A stretch of DNA of 63,081 nt, the filler included, from Reclinomonas americana ATCC 50394 (lineage: Eukaryota): the NCBI GenBank assembly GCA_048213135.1. It is 29 parts of 29 records of this genome, joined end to end, with 100 filler letters (N's around TTAATTAATTAA, not from the genome) between each part and the next. Parts side by side here need not be neighbours in the genome. Positions count along the whole stretch, not along the records: positions 35,872 to 38,064 come from AFZH01025001.1; positions 38,165 to 40,357 come from AFZH01025002.1; positions 40,458 to 42,645 come from AFZH01025003.1; positions 42,746 to 44,916 come from AFZH01025004.1; positions 45,017 to 47,198 come from AFZH01025005.1; positions 47,299 to 49,473 come from AFZH01025006.1; 23 more parts are not named here. One strand, given 5' to 3'. The position numbers and the translations under genes were made by a program. The notes beneath the pieces were generated by a model. The model saw nothing but the letters and a program-made list of their open reading frames with translations, had not been told where the DNA came from and made no database searches. Below are positions 36,845 to 47,387 of the stretch, piece after piece. Position 1 is the first letter of the stretch; every line of letters begins with the position of its first letter.

Positions 36845-36963
36845 GAAGGGTGTTCGAATTTATCAAGTTGTTCTACGACCCGAAGCGGAAGCACGTCCGG
36901 AACGGGATGCGATCAACCGGCGAGTTCGAAAGGCCGCACAAAATCTGGACCGAGCGCATCTAG
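36845..36963 (+). pseudogene. Remnant C-terminus of an IS3-family transposase
   Basis: VFEFIKLFYDPKRKHVRNGMRSTGEFE resembles the IS3 OrfB tail VFDYIE.FYNP.R.H..NG.LSP.EFE. No upstream ORF remains. Confidence 0.65.
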
Positions 36964-38061
36964 CGGGGCGTTGAAAAATGCCTCGCCGTTTTGACTTTTG
37001 CATGATTCACTGTCTGCGAAGCGATTTCGGAGATTTGCATGCGCGGCGGAGATGAGCGGACGGGGGCGCTGTTCAGCTATGTCGATCTTGAGGCTCGTGT
37101 CCGGCGCGATCATCCTCTGCGCGTGATCCGGCGTCTGGTGAACGAAGCGCTGGGCGCAATGGGGACGCCGACTTCCATGGCGAGAAGCGCTCGAACGCGA
37201 CCCATGCCTCGACGACTGATCCCGCTGCGCGTCTCTACCGCAAGGGTCAGGGCAAGGAGGCGAAGCTCTGCTTCATGGGTCATGGGCTGATGGAGAACCG
37301 GAACGGGCTGATCGTCGATGCGTGCCTGACGCCGGCGGATGGACATGCGGAGCGCGTGGCGGCGCTTGCCATGATCGAACCCTTCGCCGACCGGCCCGGG
37401 CGCATCACACTCGCTGCCGACAAGGCCTACGACACGGCCGACTTCGTGAACGAGCTGCTCAGCATGAACGTGACGCCGCATGTGGCGCAGAACACGTCCG
37501 GGCGTTCCTCCGCCATCGATCGCCGCACGACGCGCCATCCGGGCTATGCCGTCAGCCAGAGGATCCGCAAGAAGATCGAGGAGGCCTTCGGCTGGATCAA
37601 GATGATCGGCGGGCAGGCGCAGACGAAGGTCCGCGGAGAGGCTCGCGTCGGCTTCGGGTTCGTCTTCAGCGCCGCTGCCTACAACCTCAGCCGGCTGCCG
37701 AGACTCCTTGAGGCGCGCCCATGACGGCGTCGATGGACTGCCAGCTGATCGGCCGCTGGCGGATCATCAAGGCTGATCTCTGGGACAGGGATCACCTCGA
37801 TCTCTGCGGCCCGGCGACGATCATCATCAAAGCCAATGGCACCGGCGAGATCAACTTCGGAGCGATGACGGCAAGCATCGACATCGCCTACAGCCGCGAC
37901 GACATTGGCTTCTCGTGGAACGGCTCGGATGAAGGCGATCAGGTTGAAGGCGACGGCGACGCCGAAATCCAGGAAGACGGCTCGATCCTGATCAACTTCG
38001 CCTACCGAAACGGTGATGAAGCCATCCTCAGCGCCAAACGCGACACTTCTTCAACAGCCTG
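36964..38061 (+). mobile_element. IS5-family element, internally deleted, with a passenger ORF
   Basis: Left end CGGGGCGTTGAAAAA (36964) matches the reverse complement of the right end, CAGGCTGTTGAAGAA (38047-38061), at 11/15. Flanked by CTAG (36960-36963) and CTA[G] (38062-38064). Confidence 0.8.
37039..37724 (+). pseudogene. IS5-family DDE transposase with a large internal deletion and frameshift near 37165
   Basis: MRGGDERTGALFSYVDLEARVRRDHPLRVIR..AMG jumps out of frame to DADFHGEKRSNATHASTTDP...ADKAYD...RKKIEEAFGW..AAYNL. The middle region is missing. Confidence 0.85.
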
Positions 38062-38064
38062 CTA
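37721..38064 (+). CDS. 114-aa acidic beta-rich passenger protein inside the IS
   Basis: ATGA overlap with the transposase stop. LIGRWRIIKADLWDRDHLDL...FSWNGSDEGDQVEGDG. The frame runs through the right IR to TA(G). Confidence 0.75.
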
Positions 38065-38164
38065 NNNNNNNNNNNNNNNNNNNNNNNNNNNNNNNNNNNN
38101 NNNNNNNNTTAATTAATTAANNNNNNNNNNNNNNNNNNNNNNNNNNNNNNNNNNNNNNNNNNNN

Positions 38165-40357
38165 CGTGACGGAGAAGGCGACCTGCGGGAAGTACTGGCG
38201 GCCGGGGAGGAGGCCAGAGAGGGTGACCTGCCAGCCGTCGAGGTGAGCAGTGGCGGGCTGGTTGCTGTTGGCCGTGGTGGTGAGGCCCGAGGCGACGGAG
38301 ACACCGCGCACGTTGGCAGTGCCAGTGGCGGTGAAGCCGTAGACGCTGGCAGCCGACGAGGCGTTGACGTTGGCCTGGTTGGCAGTGTATGACGCACCGG
38401 CAGCGGTCAGAGTGATGACGAAGGTCAGCGAGGTGTCGGTGATGTCGATGACGGTGATCGCGTTGGCGGCGGTGAGGGCACCAGCATTGCTGCCGGCACC
38501 GGTGGGGACGACACCAGCACCGTTGGAGGCGACGACGTTGGCAGCGCAGCAGTACAGCTGCACGGCGGTACCACCGCTGACCAGAGTCCAGTTCACGCCA
38601 ACAGTGGCGGTGGCAGATGGAGCCGAGCGAACAGCCACCACAAACTTGGCAGCAGACAACACGGTGGACGAGGTGGTGCCGTCGAGGTACTGGAAGTCAG
38701 TGACAGCCGCGCCGTTGCTGGCGGCGTTTGTGCCGGCAAAGAATCCAACTGCATTGACGCCGCCAACGTTCGTGCCAGTGGCGGCAGTCGCCACCACACC
38801 ACGCTGAGTCGGCGAGCCGACGTTCAGCACCACAAAGTTGTTGCCGACAGTGACGAAGCCGTTGACGTCGGTCACGGCAGTGCCGGAGCGGTTGAACCAG
38901 ACGGCGTTGGTGGGCGCAGTCACAGCAAGAGAAGTGACGAACACGATGTTGGAGCTGACAGTTCCACTGGTGGCGTTCGTCGCCACAAGCGTCACCGTAC
39001 CGGCAGCGGTGGCATTGAAGGTCACAGTGCCAGTGAGGTCGCTCGCGCCCATCGACACGGTGCCGGTGGCACCAGCGACGTTGTTGGGGTTGCCGAAAGT
39101 GTACGGAGTCGCACCAAAGCCACCGTTGCCGATGACCGTGGCAGCAGTCGTGTTGGCCAGGCAGTTGATGGTGTTGCCACCAGTCACCGACCAGCAAGCC
39201 ACCAGAACCGGGGCAGTGCCGAGAGTCGGGTTGGCAGCAGCGCTGAGAGTGAGAGTCTGCTGCGAGGCAGTGTCGAGCGCAGCAGTGCCGTCGCCGTTGG
39301 CGTTCTGAGCGAGCACACGGACGCGGTACGTGGTGATGGCGGCACCGTTCTGGGTCGTCGTCAGCGCCGAGATCAAGACGTGGCCACCAGACACACGGCC
39401 AAAGGCCGTGTCAGTCACCGGCGTGCCCGTGGGAGTCGAGAAGGCGTTGTACAGCACACCGCCATTGTTAAACGCCGCAGTCTCCACCTTCCAGCCGGTG
39501 ATGGCACCGCCAGTCAGCTGAGGGGAAGTCCACGAGATGAGGCCGCCAGCCGAGGCCGCAGCCACAACAGTCGGCTGTCCGACCTTGTTCGGGGACTGCT
39601 TGCCGTCCTGGGTGGTCACCGTGGCGGTCTGCGAGAGAAGAGGAGAGGAGAGAAGGGTGGGGTGAGCAAGCTGCTTCGCACAGATACACACACAACATTT
39701 CACAAAGACAAAAAGACGCAACAGAGCTCCACGGGCCAAAGCCCCACTGGCCCACAGCGCGCGCGCGCACCACGTAGCCGGTGCTCGGCTGCAGGATGCT
39801 GGACGAGGAGGTGGCACCAGTGCCAGACACCACGCACGTCTGCTGCGAGAACGGGCCAGCACTGAACGGGATGATGGCCGCATTGGCGTTGTTGCCGTTG
39901 GTGGTCTCAGTGTAGAAGGTCACCGGAGTCCAGGCGGTCAGCGAGCTGCCAGTCGAGCTGCGGATCTGCACCTGGAAGAAGGGAGTCTGCAGCTGGTTGA
40001 AGTTGGCAACGTTGCCGGAGCCCGTGGCGCCAGTCTGGCCGAGCTTGATCGGCGGGTAGAACGACAGCACAAACGACGTGGCCGACGTGTAGCTGATGGC
40101 CAGGTTGGTCGGCTGGCGCGGGGTACCGCCGAGCGGCACCGTCACGACCTGCGACGAGGTGCGGACGCCCTCACCGTACGAGTTGACCGCGTAGGCCTGT
40201 TGGTGGTGGGAAAGAGGTGAGTGGGGAGGAGGAGGAGGAGGAGGAGGAGGGGGAGGAGAAGAGAAGGACGCAACGGCGATCGTGTACTGCACGCCCTCCT
40301 GGATGTTCTGGTCAAAGTAACGCAGAATCATGCCGTAGCAGCCGGCGCCGCCAGTGG
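38165..40357 (-). CDS. Large Thr/Ala/Asn-rich extracellular protein with fibronectin type III domains, internal spliced fragment
   Basis: FN3 motifs YTIAAYAVNSYGEG, LQPSTGYVVRARAVGQWGFGPWS, YRVRVLAQNANGDG and LSGLLPGRQY. Introns at about 39629-39728 and 40197-40274. Confidence 0.75.
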
Positions 40358-40457
40358 NNNNNNNNNNNNNNNNNNNNNNNNNNNNNNNNNNNNNNNNNNN
40401 NTTAATTAATTAANNNNNNNNNNNNNNNNNNNNNNNNNNNNNNNNNNNNNNNNNNNN

Positions 40458-42645
40458 CCTGTTGCGCGGACCCTGTCCGCCGCCGCCGCAAGTCAAAGAC
40501 TTGAAGGACGAGAAGAAACCAATGGACTGGAACTTTCTGCTGGGCCGTCGCGCGGTGCTGCAAGTGCGCGACATTGGGTTTGATTTGGGTGGGCACGGCC
40601 TGGCCGCGCTGGACCTAAAGTGCACGGAGCAGTTGGTGCTGGACTGGAAGTTCAACGTGACGCTCGAGTACACGCAACATGGCGGTCTCCAGTTTGTTTT
40701 CCCCGCGGATCCCACTTTTGACGCCGTCGTCAATATGACGTTGTCCAACAATGGTGGTGACTGCGACATGTCGGGTCACATTGGCTTCCTGGGAGCAAAT
40801 TTGCTGGGCGCCGGCTTTGTTTGTGGTGAGGTGACGGTGGGTCGTCCACAGACTACGGTGGTGTCAGTGACCAACCGCGGAGCCAGTGCCGGTCGTCTGC
40901 GTCAACTTACCCGTTCTCCCGAGTGGCGCCCGCAACAAGTGCGCAGCTCGCACACACGTTGCGACTTGGTGGTGGAGCTGCGCGCCATGGCGGATCTCGG
41001 TTTTACTGGCATCTTGAAGGGAGACCAGGCTGTGGAGGCGCTGCCGTTCTTCCGCGTTGGTAATCTCCACCTAGCGTGGCAGTACACCCTCGGCAACCCG
41101 GTGACGACGCCGACCATGACTTTCAACGGCACTGAACTCTGCGCTGGTCGTTTGCTGGCGCACATGGTGAAGCAGCTGTCGGATATTCTGAGCGTGTTTG
41201 TGTTGACGCCGCTGCGACCGGTTCTTGGTCCAGACGGCATCTTGCTGCGCAAGGTGCCGATCACATCGTTCCTGTTTGGCCGTCCGTTGTCTGTCGCCGA
41301 GACGCTGCGGTTCGTCGTCGACAACTTCTGTGACGATGAGTGCGCCTTTGACAATGTGTTTGAGACGCTGGACGCGTTTTCCTCCATGTTTGCTCTGCTC
41401 GACAAACTCGCACGGATCGAGGCCATTTTGCAACGAGTGGGCGACGACGGTTGCGGTGTCACCAAGGCTGTGCAGGATTTCATTGCCGTTGTCGACGACG
41501 ACGAGCCGTACCCGGATCCGTTCGGTCCCATTCCTGGTGACAAGTTGGACTTTAGCGGTGCCATTTCGTGGGACAGTGACGACATGGTGGTGATCAGCGG
41601 CACCTACACTGAGATCTCCACGACCGTCACCGGCGAGTTTGTGTTGACGTTCCCCGTTTTCAACCACTTGCCGCAACTGCTCGTGGAGATGTTGGTGGGC
41701 ATTGGCGACTCGCCAATTATTGCTGTGACATTCCCGGTGCTGACGATCAGTGTGGTCAAAGTGTGGTACTCGCCGCCAATCTGGCCCTGGCCCGTGGTGC
41801 AGTTGGAGCTGGACTTGGGTGCATCGCTGACAGCCAACTTGGGCGCCATGGTGCTGCGGCGGTCGGCGATTGTCAAGGCAGTGAAGACGAAGAATCCTCT
41901 GGTTCTGGTGGGTGGCTTCGGCTTCCCGATTACCGAAAATCCACCGGGCGGTGCACCGCGGTATCCGCTCTCCGGACGCTTCTACATGGGTGCCGGAGTG
42001 TCGGTCAGTGTCTTCATCTTCCGTGGTGGTGCCGGATTCGGACTGGAACTGCTGGCGGAGGTGACATTTCAGAACGTGGATGGCAGTGGTTACATGACGT
42101 TGGACGACATTTTGTGGCTGGCACGGTCGGGCGAAGTCTGGAACTCGCTGATGTTCCACTTGCAGCTGCGCGGCTATTTCCAGCTGTACATTCGTGCCTG
42201 CATCCGCATCTGGCACAAACGGTTCTGCTGGACGCTTGTCAACTGGCATCCGTCGGTGGTTCTGTTCGACACCGTTATGACTGGCCCGAAGATACAGCGG
42301 GTGGTGGACTCGCAGGGCACAGTTAACACAAGCCTTCTCTTGGAGGGCTGCACCACTCACGCTCTTCCTTGTGCTGCTTGTGGTTCCGCCAGTGCCAGCG
42401 GTGTGCGTGATATGCCCACCGGACCAACCATTCATCTGTACAACACCGCGGCCGGCTCGGTGGTTGACGTCACTCCCGCAGGCGCTGTAGGTGTTGCCCC
42501 GCGCTCTGGAACGATTCCTGTGCCGGCGGTGACCACGGTGCCTGCGATCCCTGCGGGCTCCGTGAACCCGCCGCCCACTATTATTGTGGATGGCACCAGC
42601 AACCGCGTGAACATTGGCTCCTCGCCCACCACCACTGTGGCCGTG
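40458..42645 (+). CDS. Fragment (over 720 aa) of a large beta-rich protein resembling the non-repeat body of giant bacterial secreted/Ca-binding proteins
   Basis: One uninterrupted frame spans the contig, with GFLG, P..P.L...L...P and FP.F..L.....ML.G segments. The resemblance is recalled, not searched. Confidence 0.6.
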
Positions 42646-42925
42646 NNNNNNNNNNNNNNNNNNNNNNNNNNNNNNNNNNNNNNNNNNNNTTAATTAATTA
42701 ANNNNNNNNNNNNNNNNNNNNNNNNNNNNNNNNNNNNNNNNNNNNGTGTCATGTGTGTGTCCTGGAAATGAGAGTCACGACGTTTTGTGCGTGTGTGTGT
42801 GTGTGCGTGTTTTTGTGCGACATCTCCACTTTTTCTTCTTGTCAGTCCTCCAACTCGATATCGACTTGTCTCGCTCGCTCACACTGGACATGAATGTTGT
42901 GTGTGTGTGTGCATCCTCGGCAGAC

Positions 42926-43971
42926 ATGAGCAGTGCATCGACACCGAAGAAGGTTTGTTCGAGTGTGTGTGTGTGTGCGCGCGATTGGCACGCGCTCTCT
43001 TTCGCCGCACTCTCCCCCCTCACTCTCCTGCACAACAAACAGAAGGCGGCCAGCAAGCCGAAGGCCCCCGCCAGCCACCCCAAGTACGAGGAGATGATCT
43101 GCGCGGTGAGTGAGAGCGAGATTCTTTTGCCTTGTCGCAGTGGGGGTTTGCTGCGTGGCTCATGTCAAATTTGCCGCGAATTTCGTGCAGAGCATTGTCG
43201 GCCTCAAGTCGCGCACCGGCAGCTCCCAGCCGGCCATCACCAAGTACATCAGTGAGCACTACAAGGTGCCGGAGGGCTACCAGAAGCAGATCCTCACGCA
43301 GGTTCGCGCGCGCATGATGGTCCGCTTGTCCCATTTTCGGTACTCAAGTCTGCTGTCTGTGCGTGCAGCTGAAGCGCCTGGTGGCTTCGGAGAAGCTGGT
43401 CAAGGTCAAGGGCTCGTACAAGCTGTCGGTGAAGCAGCGCGAGGCCTTCACTGGCCAGCAGAAGAAGGCCGCCAAGAAGGCCAAGGCGGCCGCTGCCGGC
43501 GACGCCCCGGCCAAGAAGCCGGCGGCGAAGAAGGCTGCTGCTCCCAAGAAGGACGCTGACGCTCCGGCCAAGAAGCCGGCGGCGAAGAAGGCCGCTGCGG
43601 CTGCCAAGCCCAAGAAGGAGGCCGCTGCCGCCAAGCCGAAGAAGGCTGCCGCCGCTGCTAAGCCCAAGAAGGAGGCTGCCGCCGCCAAGCCGAAGAAGGC
43701 CGCCGCCGCTGCCAAGCCCAAGAAGGAGGCTGCTGCCGCCAAGCCGAAGAAGGCTGCCGCCGCCGCCAAGCCCAAGAAGGAGGCTGCTCCCAAGGCCGCC
43801 AAGAAGGAGGCTGCGCCGAAGAAGGCCTCTGGCAAGGCCAAGGAGCCCGTCAAGGCCGCCGCCAAGGCGACTGCCAAGGCTGGCACCACCAAGCGCGCTG
43901 CCTCGAAGGCTGCTGCGGGCTCGGAGGCTCGTGCCTCGAAGGTCGCGGCCAAGCGCGGTGGCAAGAAGTAA
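42926..43971 (+). CDS. Linker histone H1 with winged-helix globular domain and repetitive K/A/P tail; 3 coding introns
   Basis: Spliced HPKYEEMICA|SIVGLKSRTGSSQPAITKYISEHY...LTQ|LKRLVASEKLVKVKGSYKL, then repeated AAAAKPKK units. TAA at 43969-43971. Confidence 0.93.
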
Positions 43972-45016
43972 GCCGTGCAAGTCTGGCGTGTGGTGCGTCG
44001 AGGGAGGGGATATAGGCAGTGATGATGCGCTGGTTGCTCATGTGTTGTGCCCGCCCCCCTGTCGCAGATCACGTCGAGCTTGCGCGTTACTTCGTACCGT
44101 ACCCGCTCTCCATCCTATCCCAATCCTCCTCTCCTCCTTCCCCCCCACACAAACGGCTTCCTTGTCACTGTATTCGGCTTGCCATCCGCCCTTTTCGTGA
44201 CGGTGCGACGAGTCGGAGCGCCCTTTGAATCACGGGCAACAGCTGCATCGACCGTCTCTCTTTCTTTTTCCCCATGGTGTTTCTCGACACCAAACCCCAC
44301 CCATTTTACCCAAAACTGGGATGTTATCACTTTGTTTATCGTGTGTCGTGTGCGGCGGGCCAGACATGCAATGCTTCTGGTGCCGCTGTTGTTGTTGTTG
44401 TTGTAGTGTTCTTGTACGTAAAGGAAACAAGAAAAACATACATTTCGCCTCGAAAGAGTGTGTGTGCTTGAGATTACATGACCAAGGAGTTGGCGGTGAT
44501 TTATCGTGGTGGCGACGAGGAGCTCGACTCGAGTCGTCCCCTTCGACCGCTGGTTACGTGTGTGCAGGCAAGAGTGAGCGATAACACAGCACACCCATGT
44601 GCTAGCGGGTTTGACGCAACGTGCTGTCGACGACGGCACCAGTGGCCACCGGCTCGCGCTTTGACACACCGGTAGGTGTGTAGTACAGTTTCTGCGCGCT
44701 GGCGGCTAGCGGCTCGCTGGCTTCGCGTCGTTCGGGCGACGTGATGTGGCCGGTGAGGCGCGCCACGGTGGCCTCGCCCAGCAAATCGTCCAGCGAGTGC
44801 AGCACCGGTGGTCGCGAGTGTTGCTGCTCTGGAGGCGAGGACGACGACGAGGCGGCACCGCCGCCAGCCGACGCACCCCCATTCGGCGTCATCACACTCT
44901 GCGAGCGACCGCTTCGNNNNNNNNNNNNNNNNNNNNNNNNNNNNNNNNNNNNNNNNNNNNTTAATTAATTAANNNNNNNNNNNNNNNNNNNNNNNNNNNN
45001 NNNNNNNNNNNNNNNN

Positions 45017-45476
45017 CTGCTGCTGCTGCTGCTCGCCCAGCGGCGGCCGCCCGTCCAGTCTCCATGCCCGCCTCGGCGTTTGCAGGCATGAACTTCGATG
45101 CGGCACCGGCACCGGCTCCGCGCCCAGCTGCTTCTGCGGCGGCCCCCGCGGCTTCGTCAGCAGGACAGGATGCAGCGGCCGCCGTGGCCGCTCTCAAGAG
45201 GGAGTTGGCCTCGGTGCAGACGCGCACCGGTGTGATTGAGAGGGAGCTCAACGGGCTGAAGGACATTGCCACGAACCTGCAGAGCAAGGTTTGGTGTGAA
45301 GCACGCATGGGCAAAGCTGGATTCGGCAGCTGATTGTCTTTTGTTGTTGTACATAGATTGCGCAGCTGGAGGCCAGCTTGTCGGCCGCCGCCGCTGCTGC
45401 TGCTGCCCCTGCCCCCGCCCCTGCCGCCGCTGCTGCTGCCGCCCCGTCGAACGAGGAGTCGGCGCCGCCATCGTAA
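45017..45476 (+). CDS. C-terminal coiled-coil end of a eukaryotic protein
   Basis: Ala/Pro linker, then LKRELASVQTRTGVIERELNGLKDIATNLQSK|IAQLEASL. Intron at about 45289-45356; TAA at 45474. Confidence 0.65.
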
Positions 45477-45841
45477 GCGACGGACTGGCATTTCATTTTC
45501 CGCGCGCAGCGTGCTGGGCGGAGAGAGAGAAGCCACTTGAATCACGCTTCTCTTCCTCGTTCTTACTTTCTTTCTTTCTTTTTTTACTTTTTCCCCCCGT
45601 ATGTTTTCCCCATGTTTTGGCCGTGTCGCGAATGCACCGCGCAGAAGAGAGAAAAAACCAAACAATCATGCCAAGCCGTTTCTTTCACTCAGACGCACAA
45701 CGCCGCAACGGGGTGTTTGCGATCAGAAAGTTTAAGGATGCTGATGGGAGAAGCTTCATGCCAGGGATGCGTCGCACCTGTCCTAATTGTTGCTGTCAAC
45801 GTGTTCGAAGTGGCGCAGAGATAACTCGTTTCACTAATGTT

Positions 45842-46581
45842 TCAGCAGCGAAGCGCTGAAGATTGCACATGTAGGAGAATGAGCTCTCTGGCTCCGTCGT
45901 CCAAGTCATCCGTCCACCACGGTGTTTCACTCCGAGTACTTCTGAGCGTAGTCGTCCAGTTCCTCGTCGATCTCCTCGCGAGTGTGGTTCGGAAACATAT
46001 ACTCGAGAATATCGTCGTCGCGATCGTGCGAACAGCTGGCAGTACCGGAAGTAAACCAGCATTGTCCCTCGTCGTCGTGGTCGGAATCATCCGAAGAGTG
46101 CGAATCATCCGAATCGTCGCAGGAGCCCTGCAAAGCATTGGCATTGATAACGTGCATGGCGCCGCGATCAAATCACTTGGGCAATTTGCAAGCACTCACC
46201 GTGCGCTCGCGGCGAATGTGCTCGTAAGTTGACGGCACACCGAGAATGTCCTCGATCAAGTGCTCTTTGCGCTTCGTCCACAGGTACTTCGCCTGCATTG
46301 TCAACATAGATGTTAAAAATTGCTGCGAGCTGAGGAAATCTGCACAATGCACCGATACCTGAATGCGGCGATTGCGGATGATGGCCTTTGGAATTCGAAT
46401 CGAATCGCGAACGAAAAGCACCAAACACACGCAGTTTGTCGAAAGCAAACACCCACTGCGGCCAACTGTGCAAACATACCCTGAGTTCATCCTTCGTCAA
46501 CAGCCTCAGAGCCGTTTCGTCGTGTTCGAGGAGGCGCTGGATGAGAGCATTGCGCGCGGCTGGCCCAGCCATTCTGCACAT
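45842..46581 (-). CDS. Small 4-exon protein with a SAP/HeH-like motif, acidic linker and CUE-like C-terminus
   Basis: Three phase-0 GT-AG introns join LRLLTKDELR|AIIRNRRIQ|AKYLWTKRKEHLIEDIL...RERT|GSCDDSDD...DILEYMFPNHTREEIDEEL. Confidence 0.6.
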
Positions 46582-47387
46582 TTAAATTTGCGGTAAATTA
46601 GTGAGCGACGCACATGCCTTACGCCGAACGACGTCGACTCACGATCTCCCACTCGATTTGACGAGTGGCAGCATGCGCCTTGGTAAGTACAGTGTCCGAA
46701 GTCGACGGCAGCGACATTGTACATGTGTAAGAGTACTGTACGGTACAGCGGAATAATACAAATTCTTCCCATATGCATGCCATACCTGGAGGTTCGCGTC
46801 ATCCATCGCCATGTAAGTCGCTCGGTTGGTCATTTGTCCTGGAGGGTTTCACGTCCTGGGGAAAATAATAAAAGGGAAAAAAGGTCGAAGAAAGATTCAA
46901 CAATAGCTCCAACACAATATAGAACAAATCTCAACGAAGTTGCTGATCACTGTCAACCTCACTCACGCTGTCTACCAAGGCGTAGTGACGTCCTCACTTG
47001 GTTGAAAGAGAGACACAAAATAAAAAAGTGTGTGTGTGCCGTACGAAATGTTGCACCGACGTCACACATGCACACACACAGCGCACGCTTCTAACACGCT
47101 CGAGAAAGGAAAGAAACGAAATGTTTCCTAAGAGAGACAAACGGGAGAGAGAGAGAAAGAGAGCACGGGAATGAATCTTTGCTCACCTGAAGCTCAAGNN
47201 NNNNNNNNNNNNNNNNNNNNNNNNNNNNNNNNNNNNNNNNNNTTAATTAATTAANNNNNNNNNNNNNNNNNNNNNNNNNNNNNNNNNNNNNNNNNNNNGA
47301 ATAAAAAATGTTAATGTGCTGAGAAGTGCGTGAGATGGAAGAGGGGAGGGGAGGAGTGACGGTGCTGACGTGAGTGCATTTGTTGCA

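Noticed and set aside
44480..44895. Minus-strand ORF MMTPNGG... convergent with histone H1
   Set aside because: Plausible exon with a GTTGCGT donor at 44620, but no recognisable domain and no resolvable structure.
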